The notes beneath the pieces were generated by a model. The model saw only the letters and a program-made list of their open reading frames with translations. It did no database searches and was not told where the DNA came from. From contig CH464491.1 in the NCBI GenBank assembly GCA_000002445.1, positions 2,336,001-2,400,000 on the forward strand: DNA of 64,000 nt, given 5' to 3'. A program made the position numbers and the translations under genes. Of this stretch, positions 1-8,971 are shown piece after piece. The DNA comes from Trypanosoma brucei. Lineage: Eukaryota. The stretch's first letter is position 1, and every line of letters starts with the position of its first letter.

Positions 1-77
1 NNNNNNNNNNNNNNNNNNNNNNNNNNNNNNNNNNNNNNNNNNNNNNNNNNNNNNNNNNNNNNNNNNNNNNNNNNNNN
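1..77. other. Assembly gap (run of N) at the left edge of the window
   Basis: 77 consecutive N characters. They sit directly against a truncated copy of the tandem repeat unit, which suggests a collapsed or unresolved repeat array. Confidence 0.95.
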
Positions 78-78
78 C

Positions 79-762
79 GAACTTTGTTATATCTTTACCG
101 AAAAAACATATCGCTTTTTGCTTGGAGCTTCCATTGGCATTATGCAATGGCCCGATGCGTGTAATATACCGGGTGGCTCTGTCGATGATGGGACAGGTGT
201 GGGAAGGAAGTCAGTTGGTAGTGAACGTACATTCAAAATATTGCAAAGCAAAGAGGAATTACAGGAAATTGTTGATTTTATTTTTAATTCTTCGTATGAT
301 GAACTAAAGAAACATGAGCTGATGTGTAGACAGGTTTCGTTAAGAATAAGGTGGGCAACCTATCGATCCCGGCAGTATACTATGAATTTAGCCCAACATT
401 CAGATGACTCTGCAACCCTTCGCCGCGCAGTGGATGGTTTACTGTTACCGCATGCTGCAAAGTACTCAGATATGTCGTTACTGGGGATGCGTCTGTTAGA
501 CCTTATCTTTGCAAAAGACTTTCATATGAAAAAAAAGGGTGGTAACCAACTGTCTATTTCACAATTTATTCGCCCCAAGAAGCCGGGTGAGGTAACAGCA
601 ACCACCGGTATAAAAAGGGAGAGGACTACTGAACCGAAACAGGTTGTGGAAATAATAATATCATCAGATGACGAGGATGAGAATGATAGTGTTGGCTTGG
701 CATCTAGCTCCACTATACTCGTTTCAACTGGCAAAGGTACTGTGAGAGGGAAGTTACCATAA
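79..762 (+). CDS. POLK: DNA polymerase kappa (Y-family, DinB-like), partial copy: C-terminal ~228 codons only, 5' part lost in the gap
   Basis: The frame opens immediately after the N-run and is colinear with the C-terminal third of the full copies downstream (LLGASIGIMQWPDA ... QYSDDSATLRRAVDGLLLPHAAKYS ... SSDDEDENDSVGLASSS). The supplied ORF 118..762 begins at a TTG. The last codons differ from the other copies (KGTVRGKLP versus KGTVEREVTII). Confidence 0.8.
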   Translation, partial: ELCYIFTEKTYRFLLGASIGIMQWPDACNIPGGSVDDGTGVGRKSVGSERTFKILQSKEELQEIVDFIFNSSYDELKKHELMCRQVSLRIRWATYRSRQYTMNLAQHSDDSATLRRAVDGLLLPHAAKYSDMSLLGMRLLDLIFAKDFHMKKKGGNQLSISQFIRPKKPGEVTATTGIKRERTTEPKQVVEIIISSDDEDENDSVGLASSSTILVSTGKGTVRGKLP

Positions 763-1567
763 TTTAGTGAAGTGAGGACATCAGTCAATGGAAACGCTCA
801 CATTGCCCAATGGCATTCATATACAAATCACCTATACACAAGTACCCATAAACAAAACACATTATACACATGTATTGTTATACAGCTATCATATGTTTTC
901 ATTTTTTGAAGTTATACTTTATATGGTTTATTACTTACATTGTTTTTTCTTAAGCATGCTTGTGCTCATGTACAACCAGTGGAGCAACTGGCTAATAACT
1001 CCTTCATCTTTGTGCGGACACCTTGGTGTATCCTATACTTTCTTTGAGGCCTTCTAATCCAGGTACTTTTTACACACTGTGACGCTAATAAGTGTAGTTC
1101 TTTTGATTAATGTCTACTGCGTGCAGTGATGCGAAAAAGTGTGTACTTTATTTGTATGTTTATCTTCGGGTTTGATTTGTTTGGTTGCTGATGACAGTGG
1201 AAGGCCTCTGCAATTATGAAAACTCATAAGGAGGTCCACTACAATTATACTGTTGTTCCCAGATATACGGGTGTGCGCCTAAAGGGACACGTGACGTTCA
1301 AATTGGATATCCCTCCCATTGTTGACCGTATCTCACATTATTGGATATGTTGTAATCACTGACGGCTTGCTGTGAACTGCCACAGCTGTACACATGCACA
1401 CACATGTGATTCGGTTTTTCTTCTCCCAATATCCTTCCTTTCATATAATATAGGCAACCACACAATATTGGCACAACACCTGCTATCAAACTACCCTAAC
1501 CCAAGTGTCTGTTTGTTTCTTTACGTCACTGGGAGGGTTTTAACAAGAACTAACATTGAGTCTGACC

Positions 1568-3280
1568 ATGTGTGGGGGAGAAGAGAATGGTGGATTGGAT
1601 CAGGCACATGTGTCCTACAGTGGCAGTGCGAGTGAGCAAAACATTGCGGAAATGATTGTAGGCCCATCAGCTTCCATCACCATGGGTTTTCCGTTTTCCA
1701 TCGATTGCAATAAGGCAGGAATGGGAAATGTGGATAAGGAACGTGTGGAAGCTATTATACGTGATGCCAGGGAAGGATCCCCCTTTCTATTGAATGAACA
1801 ACGTTTGGCTGAGGGTCGAGAGAAGCAACTGCAAGAGCTCAAACGGAAATCATCTCTCTTCACTCAGTTGTTGGGTGGTGAACGAAACGCTGCGCAGCGG
1901 AAACAGTGGGAGCTGAAGGTTTCCAAAATGGAGCAGGAGCTTGAGGCTACGCGTCGACTGGGAACTTATATCCATTTAGACATGGACATGTTTTATGCTG
2001 CTGTTGAAATCAAGAAGCATCCGGAGTACGCCACCATTCCGCTTGCCATAGGCACCATGACGAGGCTACAAACAGCAAATTACATTGCGCGTGGACGTGG
2101 TGTCCGTCCCGGTATGCCAGGTTTCCTTGCTCTAAAAATCTGCCCAAATCTACTATTACTCCCTCCCGATGATGATTCTTACTATTTGGAATCCAATATC
2201 GTACGTCGTATTGTTGCTGAATACGACCCTAATTACATAGTTGTTGGTTTGGATGACTTTACTCTCGAAGTAAGTGCCTACATAGAGCGTTTTGAGGGAA
2301 CCAAAACAGCCGAAGATGTGGCTTCTGAACTGCGTGTGCGTGTATTTGGTGAAACAAAGTTGACAGCAAGTGCTGGTATTGGACCCACTGCAGCACTTGC
2401 CAAGATTGCCAGTAATATTAATAAGCCGAATGGACAACATGATCTTAATCTTCACACCCGAGGGGATGTGATGACATACGTCAGGGATTTGGGTCTACGT
2501 TCTGTGCCTGGTGTTGGGAAGGTTACGGAAGCTCTGTTGAAGGGACTGGGTATCACCACTCTCGGCGACATTCACGATAGGCGTGTTGAACTTTGTTACA
2601 TTTTGCACAATAATTTATTTCGCTTTTTGCTTGGAGCTTCCATTGGCATTATGCAATGGCCCGATGCAGCAACGGCAGCCAATACCGAGAATTGTGAGGG
2701 GGCTACTGGAGGGCAACGGAAGGCAATCAGTAGCGAGCGATCTTTTTATGTGTTACATAGCAAAGAGCAGTTGCATGAAATGATTTACAGTATTTTTGAA
2801 GAGGCCTATGAAGAAATGCGACAGAATGAGATGTTGTGTCGTCAGATCTCCTTGCTTGTGCGTTGGTCGTCTTATCGTTATCAACAATACACAAAAAGTT
2901 TGATACAATATTCAGATGACTCTGCAACCCTTCGCCGCGCAGTGGATGGTTTACTGTTACCGCACGCTGCAAAGTATTCAGAGATGTGTTTGTTGGGGGT
3001 ACGTTTTCTTGACCTTATCTCTGCAAAAGACTTTCATATGAAAAGAAAGGGTGGTAACCAACTGTCTATTTCACAATTTATTCGCCCCAAGAAGCCGGGT
3101 GAGGTAACAGCAACCACCGGTATAAAAAGGGAGAGGACTACTGAACCGAAACAGGTTGTGGAAATAATAATATCATCAGACGACGAGGATGAGAATGATA
3201 GTGTTGGCTTGGCATCTAGCTCCACTATACTCGTTTCAACTGACAAAGGTACTGTTGAGAGGGAAGTTACCATAATTTAG
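1568..3280 (+). CDS. POLK: DNA polymerase kappa (Y-family translesion polymerase), array copy 1
   Basis: Y-family motifs are visible: HLDMDMFYAAVE (motif I with catalytic Asp), VGLDDFTLEV (catalytic D/E), LTASAGIGPTAALAKIASNINKPNGQ (motif III/IV), and a helix-hairpin-helix region VPGVGKVTEALLKGLGI. The N-terminus resembles the pol kappa N-clasp (NKAGMGNVDKERVEAII). The first ATG of the frame is at 1568; the track start at 1556 is TTG. Confidence 0.9.
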   Translation: MCGGEENGGLDQAHVSYSGSASEQNIAEMIVGPSASITMGFPFSIDCNKAGMGNVDKERVEAIIRDAREGSPFLLNEQRLAEGREKQLQELKRKSSLFTQLLGGERNAAQRKQWELKVSKMEQELEATRRLGTYIHLDMDMFYAAVEIKKHPEYATIPLAIGTMTRLQTANYIARGRGVRPGMPGFLALKICPNLLLLPPDDDSYYLESNIVRRIVAEYDPNYIVVGLDDFTLEVSAYIERFEGTKTAEDVASELRVRVFGETKLTASAGIGPTAALAKIASNINKPNGQHDLNLHTRGDVMTYVRDLGLRSVPGVGKVTEALLKGLGITTLGDIHDRRVELCYILHNNLFRFLLGASIGIMQWPDAATAANTENCEGATGGQRKAISSERSFYVLHSKEQLHEMIYSIFEEAYEEMRQNEMLCRQISLLVRWSSYRYQQYTKSLIQYSDDSATLRRAVDGLLLPHAAKYSEMCLLGVRFLDLISAKDFHMKRKGGNQLSISQFIRPKKPGEVTATTGIKRERTTEPKQVVEIIISSDDEDENDSVGLASSSTILVSTDKGTVEREVTII

Positions 3281-4085
3281 TGAAATGAGGACATCAGTCA
3301 ATAGAAATTCCCACATTGCCCAATGGCATTCATATACAAATCACCTATACACAAGTACCCATAAACAAAACACATTATACACATGTATTGTTATACACCT
3401 ATCATATGTTTTCATTTTTTGAAGTTATACTTTATATGGTTTATTACTTACATTGTTTTTTTCTTAAGCATGCTTGTGCTCATGTACAACCAGTGGAGCA
3501 ACTGGCTAATAACTCCTTCATCTTTGTGCGGACACCTTGGTGTATCCTATACTTTCTTTGAGGCCTTCTAATCCAGGTACTTTTTACACACTGTGACGCT
3601 AATAAGTGTAGTTCTTTCTTTTGATTAATGTCTACTGCGTGCAGTGATGTGAAAAAGTCTGTACTTTATTTGTATGTTTATCTTCGGGTTTGATTTGTTT
3701 GGTTGCTGATGACAGTGGAAGGTCTCTGCAATTATGAAAACTCATAAGGAGGTCCACTATAATTATACTGTTGTTCCCAGATATACGGGTGTGCGCCTAA
3801 AGGGACAGGTGACGTTCAAATTGGATATCCCTCCCATTGTTGACCGTATCTCACATTATTGGATATGTTGTAATCACTGACGGCTTGCTGTGAACTGCCA
3901 CAGCTGTACACATGCACACACATGTGATTCGGTTTTTCTTCTCCCAATATCCTTCCTTTCATATAATATAGGCAACCACACAATATTGGCACAACACCTG
4001 CTATCAAACTACCCTAACCCAAGTGTCTGTTTGTTTCTTTACGTCACTGGGAGGGTTTTAACAAGAACTAACATTGAGTCTGACT

Positions 4086-5801
4086 ATGTGTGGGGGAGAA
4101 GAGAATGGTGGATTGGATCAGGCACATGTGTCCTACAGTGGCAGTGCGAGTGAGCAAAACATTGCGGAAATGATTGTAGACCCATCAGGTTCCCGTCAGC
4201 CCACAGCATTCCAACTCACACTCGATTGCAATAAGGCAGGAATGGGAAATGTGGATAAGGAACGTGTGGAAGCTATTATACGTGATGCCAGGGAAGGCAC
4301 ACCTTTTTTATTAAATGAACAACGTTTGGCTGAGGGTCGAGAGAAGCAACTGCAAGAGCTGAAGCGGAAATCATCTCTCTTCACTCGGTTGTTGGGTGGT
4401 GAACGAAACGCTGCGCAGCGGAAACAGTGGGAGCTGAAGGTTTCCAAAATAGAACAGGAGCTTGAGGCTACGCGTCGACTGGGAACTTATATCCATTTAG
4501 ACATGGACATGTTTTATGCTGCTGTTGAAATCAAGAAGCATCCGGAGTACGCCACCATTCCGCTTGCCATAGGCACCATGACTATGATAATAACAACAAA
4601 TTATGTTGCGCGTGGACGTGGTATTCGTCAAGGTATGCCAGGTTTCCTTGCTCTAAAAATCTGCCCAAATCTACTATTACTCCCTCCCGATGATGATTCC
4701 TACTATTTGGAATCCAATATCGTACGTCGTATTGTTGCTGAATACGACCCTAATTATATAGTTGTTGGTTTGGATGACTTTACTCTCGAAGTAAGTGCCT
4801 ACATAGAGCGTTTTGAGGGAACCAAAACAGCCGAAGATGTGGCTTCTGAACTGCGTGTGCGTGTATTTGGTGAAACAAAGTTGACAGCAAGTGCTGGTAT
4901 TGGACCCACTGCAGCACTTGCCAAGATTGCCAGTAATATTAATAAGCCGAATGGACAACATGATCTTAATCTTCACACGCGAGGGGATGTGATGACATAC
5001 GTCAGGGATTTGGGTCTACGTTCTGTGCCTGGTGTTGGGAAGGTTACGGAAGCTCTGTTGAAGGGACTGGGTATCACCACTCTCTCAGATATTTACAATA
5101 GGCGTGTTGAACTTTGTTACATTTTGCACAATAATTTATTTCGCTTTTTGCTTGGAGCTTCCATTGGCATTATGCAATGGCCCGATGCAGCAACGGCAGC
5201 CAATACCGAGAATTGTGAGGGGGCTACTGGAGAGCAACGGAAGGCAATCAGTAGCGAGCGATCCATCACTACTCCACGAACCAAAGAAGGTATGCAGGAA
5301 ATGGTTGATACCGTATTCAATGGTGCCTATGAAGAAATGCGGAAGAGTGAGATAATGTGTAGACGGATATCCCTCACAATTAGATGGGCCTCTTATCGTT
5401 ATCAACAATACACAAAAAGTTTGATACAATATTCAGATGACTCTGCAACCCTTCGCCGCGCAGTAGACGAGCTCATGTTACCGCACGCTGCAAAGTATTC
5501 AGAGATGTGTTTGTTGGGGGTACGTCTCTCGGACCTTATCTCTGCAAAAGACTTTCATATGAAAAGAAAGGGTGGTAACCAACTGTCTATTTCACAATTT
5601 ATTCGCCCCAAGAAGCCGGGTGAGGTAACAGCAACCACCGGTATAAAAAGGGAGAGGACTACTGAACCGAAACAGGTTGTGGAAATAATAATATCATCAG
5701 ATGACGAGGATGAGAATGATAGTGTTGGCTTGGCATCTAGCTCCACTATACTCGTTTCAACTGGCAAAGGTACTGTTGAGAGGGAAGTTACCATAATTTA
5801 G
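4086..5801 (+). CDS. POLK: DNA polymerase kappa, array copy 2
   Basis: Same motifs as copy 1; first ATG at 4086. It differs from copy 1 in discrete blocks (DPSGSRQPTAFQLTL, MTMIITTNYVARGRGIRQGMP, and a little-finger segment SITTPRTKEGMQEMVDTVFNGAYEEMRKSEIMCRRISLTIRWASYRY). Confidence 0.9.
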   Translation: MCGGEENGGLDQAHVSYSGSASEQNIAEMIVDPSGSRQPTAFQLTLDCNKAGMGNVDKERVEAIIRDAREGTPFLLNEQRLAEGREKQLQELKRKSSLFTRLLGGERNAAQRKQWELKVSKIEQELEATRRLGTYIHLDMDMFYAAVEIKKHPEYATIPLAIGTMTMIITTNYVARGRGIRQGMPGFLALKICPNLLLLPPDDDSYYLESNIVRRIVAEYDPNYIVVGLDDFTLEVSAYIERFEGTKTAEDVASELRVRVFGETKLTASAGIGPTAALAKIASNINKPNGQHDLNLHTRGDVMTYVRDLGLRSVPGVGKVTEALLKGLGITTLSDIYNRRVELCYILHNNLFRFLLGASIGIMQWPDAATAANTENCEGATGEQRKAISSERSITTPRTKEGMQEMVDTVFNGAYEEMRKSEIMCRRISLTIRWASYRYQQYTKSLIQYSDDSATLRRAVDELMLPHAAKYSEMCLLGVRLSDLISAKDFHMKRKGGNQLSISQFIRPKKPGEVTATTGIKRERTTEPKQVVEIIISSDDEDENDSVGLASSSTILVSTGKGTVEREVTII

Positions 5802-6606
5802 TGAAATGAGGACATCAGTCAATAGAAATTCCCACATTGCCCAATGGCATTCATATACAAATCACCTATACACAAGTACCCATAAACAAAACACATTATA
5901 CACATGTATTGTTATACACCTATCATATGTTTTCATTTTTTGAAGTTATACTTTATATGGTTTATTACTTACATTGTTTTTTTCTTAAGCATGCTTGTGC
6001 TCATGTACAACCAGTGGAGCAACTGGCTAATAACTCCTTCATCTTTGTGCGGACACCTTGGTGTATCCTATACTTTCTTTGAGGCCTTCTAATCCAGGTA
6101 CTTTTTACACACTGTGACGCTAATAAGTGTAGTTCTTTCTTTTGATTAATGTCTACTGCGTGCAGTGATGCGAAAAAGTCTGTACTTTATTTGTATGTTT
6201 ATCTTCGGGTTTGATTTGTTTGGTTGCTGATGACAGTGGAAGGTCTCTGCAATTATGAAAACTCATAAGGAGGTCCACTATAATTATACTGTTGTTCCCA
6301 GATATACGGGTGTGCGCCTAAAGGGACACGTGACGTTCAAATTGGATATCCCTCCCATTGTTGACCGTATCTCACATTATTGGATATGTTGTAATCACTG
6401 ACGGCTTGCTGTGAACTGCCACAGCTGTACACATGCACACACATGTGATTCGGTTTTTCTTCTCCCAATATCCTTCCTTTCATATAATATAGGCAACCAC
6501 ACAATATTGGCACAACACCTGCTATCAAACTACCCTAACCCAAGTGTCTGTTTGTTTCTTTACGTCACTGGGAGGGTTTTAACAAGAACTAACATTGAGT
6601 CTGACT

Positions 6607-8322
6607 ATGTGTGGGGGAGAAGAGAATGGTGGATTGGATCAGGCACATGTGTCCTACAGTGGCAGTGCGAGTGAGCAAAACATTGCGGAAATGATTGTAG
6701 ACCCATCAGGTTCCCGTCAGCCCACAGCATTCCAACTCACACTCGATTGCAATAAGGCAGGAATGGGAAATGTGGATAAGGAACGTGTGGAAGCTATTAT
6801 ACGTAATGTATCTGAGGGTTCTTCCTTTTTGATGAATGAACAACGTTTGGCTGAGGGTCGAGAGAAGCAACTGCAAGAGCTCAAACGGAAATCATCTCTC
6901 TTCACTCAGTTGTTGGGTGGTGAACGAAACGCTGCGCAGCGGAAACAGTGGGAGCTGAAGGTTTCCAAAATAGAACAGGAGCTTGAGGCTACGCGTCGAC
7001 TGGGAACTTATATCCATTTAGACATGGACATGTTTTATGCTGCTGTTGAAATCAAGAAGCATCCGGAGTACGCCGCCATTCCGCTTGCCATAGGCACCAT
7101 GACGAGGCTACAAACAGCAAATTACATTGCGCGTGGACGTGGTGTTCGATGTAGCATGCCAGGTTTCCTTGCTCTAAAAATCTGCCCGAATTTGCTCATT
7201 CTGCCTCCTGATTTCGATGCTTACAACGAGGAATCCAATACTGTGCGCCGTATTGTTGCTGAATACGACCCTAATTATATCAGCTTTGGTTTGGATGAAC
7301 TGACCCTTGAGGTAAGTGCCTACATAGAGCGTTTTGAGGGAACCAAAACAGCCGAAGATGTGGCTTCTGAACTGCGTGTGCGTGTATTTGGTGATACAAA
7401 GTTGACAGCAAGTGCTGGTATTGGACCCACTGCAGCACTTGCCAAGATTGCCAGTAATATTAATAAGCCGAATGGACAACATGATCTTAATCTTCATACC
7501 CGAGAGGATGTGATGACATACGTCAGGGATTTGGGTCTACGTTCTGTGCCTGGTGTTGGGAAGGTTACGGAAGCTCTGTTGAAGGGACTGGGTATCACCA
7601 CTCTCTCAGATATTTACAATAGGCGTGTTGAACTTTGTTACATTTTGCACAATAATTTATTTCGCTTTTTGCTTGGAGCTTCCATTGGCATTGTGCAATG
7701 GCCCGATGCAGCAACGGCAGCCAATACCGAGAATTGTGAGGGGGCTACTGGAGGGCAACGGAAGGCAATCAGTAGCGAGCGATCCATCACTACTCCACGA
7801 ACCAAAGAAGGTATGCAGGAAATGGTTGATACCGTATTCAATGGTGCCTATGAAGAAATGCGGAAGAGTGAGCTGATGTGTAGACGCATTTCGTTAAGAA
7901 TAAGGTGGGCCTCCTATCGTTATCAACAATACACAAAAAGTTTGATACAATATTCAGATGACTCTGCAACCCTTCGCCGCGCAGTGGATGGTTTACTGTT
8001 ACCGCATGCTGCAAAGTATTCAGAGATTTCACTGTTGGGGGTACGTTTTCTTGACCTTATCTTTGCAAAAGACTTTCATATGAAAAGAAAGGGTGGTAAC
8101 CAACTGTCTATTTCACAATTTATTCGCCCCAAGAAGCCGGGTGAGGTAACAGCAACCACCGGTATAAAAAGGGAGAGGACTACTGAACCGAAACAGGTTG
8201 TGGAAATAATAATATCATCAGACGACGAGGATGAGAATGATAGTGTTGGCTTGGCATCTAGCTCCACTATACTCGTTTCAACTGACAAAGGTACTGTTGA
8301 GAGGGAAGTTACCATAATTTAG
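6607..8322 (+). CDS. POLK: DNA polymerase kappa, array copy 3
   Basis: Same motifs; first ATG at 6607. It carries its own variant blocks (RNVSEGSSFLMNE; LILPPDFDAYNEESNTVRR ... NYISFGLDELTLEV). The catalytic D/E residues are retained. Confidence 0.9.
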   Translation: MCGGEENGGLDQAHVSYSGSASEQNIAEMIVDPSGSRQPTAFQLTLDCNKAGMGNVDKERVEAIIRNVSEGSSFLMNEQRLAEGREKQLQELKRKSSLFTQLLGGERNAAQRKQWELKVSKIEQELEATRRLGTYIHLDMDMFYAAVEIKKHPEYAAIPLAIGTMTRLQTANYIARGRGVRCSMPGFLALKICPNLLILPPDFDAYNEESNTVRRIVAEYDPNYISFGLDELTLEVSAYIERFEGTKTAEDVASELRVRVFGDTKLTASAGIGPTAALAKIASNINKPNGQHDLNLHTREDVMTYVRDLGLRSVPGVGKVTEALLKGLGITTLSDIYNRRVELCYILHNNLFRFLLGASIGIVQWPDAATAANTENCEGATGGQRKAISSERSITTPRTKEGMQEMVDTVFNGAYEEMRKSELMCRRISLRIRWASYRYQQYTKSLIQYSDDSATLRRAVDGLLLPHAAKYSEISLLGVRFLDLIFAKDFHMKRKGGNQLSISQFIRPKKPGEVTATTGIKRERTTEPKQVVEIIISSDDEDENDSVGLASSSTILVSTDKGTVEREVTII

Positions 8323-8744
8323 TGAAATGAGGACATCAGTCAATAGAAATTCCCACATTGCCCAATGGCATTCATATACAAATCACCTATACACAAGTAT
8401 TGTTATACAGCTATCATATGTTTTCATTTTTTGAAGTTATACTTTATATGGTTTATTACTTACATTGTTTTTTTCTTAAGCATGCTTGTGCTCATGTACA
8501 ACCAGTGGAGCAACTGGCTAATAACTCCTTCATCTTTGTGCGGACACCTTGGTGTATCCTATACTTTCTTTGAGGCCTTCTAATCCAGGTACTTTTTACA
8601 CACTGTGACGCTAATAAGTGTAGTTCTTTCTTTTGATTAATGTCTACTGCGTGCAGTGATGCGAAAAAGTCTGTACTTTATTTGTATGTTTATCTTCGGG
8701 TTTGATTTGTTTGGTTGCTGATGGCAGTGGAAGGCCTCTGCAAT

Positions 8745-8890
8745 TATGTTTGTGTTTTTGTTTCTCTGTGTTGCTGTTTTTCTATATTTTTGGAGTTTGT
8801 TTTTTTTCTTCCTGTTTTTTTGCACTTCTTTTCTTTGCTTTCCTCTTGCAACATATTTTTTTATGTAATTGTATTTTTTTTGTGTGTGTA
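8745..8890 (+). promoter_or_regulatory. Unusually long (~145 nt) polypyrimidine/T-rich tract; putative trans-splicing and polyadenylation signal region upstream of the divergent polymerase paralog
   Basis: This stretch is almost entirely T/C/G with T-runs (tgtttgtgtttttgtttctctgtgttgctgtttttctatatttttggagtttgttttttttcttcctgttttttt...). Kinetoplastid pre-mRNA processing is directed by poly-Y tracts upstream of the AG splice-acceptor. Confidence 0.55.
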
Positions 8891-8971
8891 ATGGTGGCGG
8901 ATGTTGTTTTTGTTTTAGTAGTTGAAGTTTTTGTTTGTTGTTGGATTGAGAGCGACAACGGTAGTTTGCTG

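Larger units (their letters stand above)
79..8740 (+). repeat. Head-to-tail tandem array of the polymerase kappa gene plus its intergenic spacer; unit ~2.52 kb; 3 full units plus 1 truncated unit
   Basis: ORF starts at 1556/4074/6595 and ends at 3280/5801/8322 are spaced 2518-2521 bp apart. The ~790 bp intergenic spacers are near-identical (for example 763-1555, 3281-4073, 5802-6594). Similarity to the unit ends near 8735, where the sequence gives way to a long T-rich tract. Confidence 0.92.
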
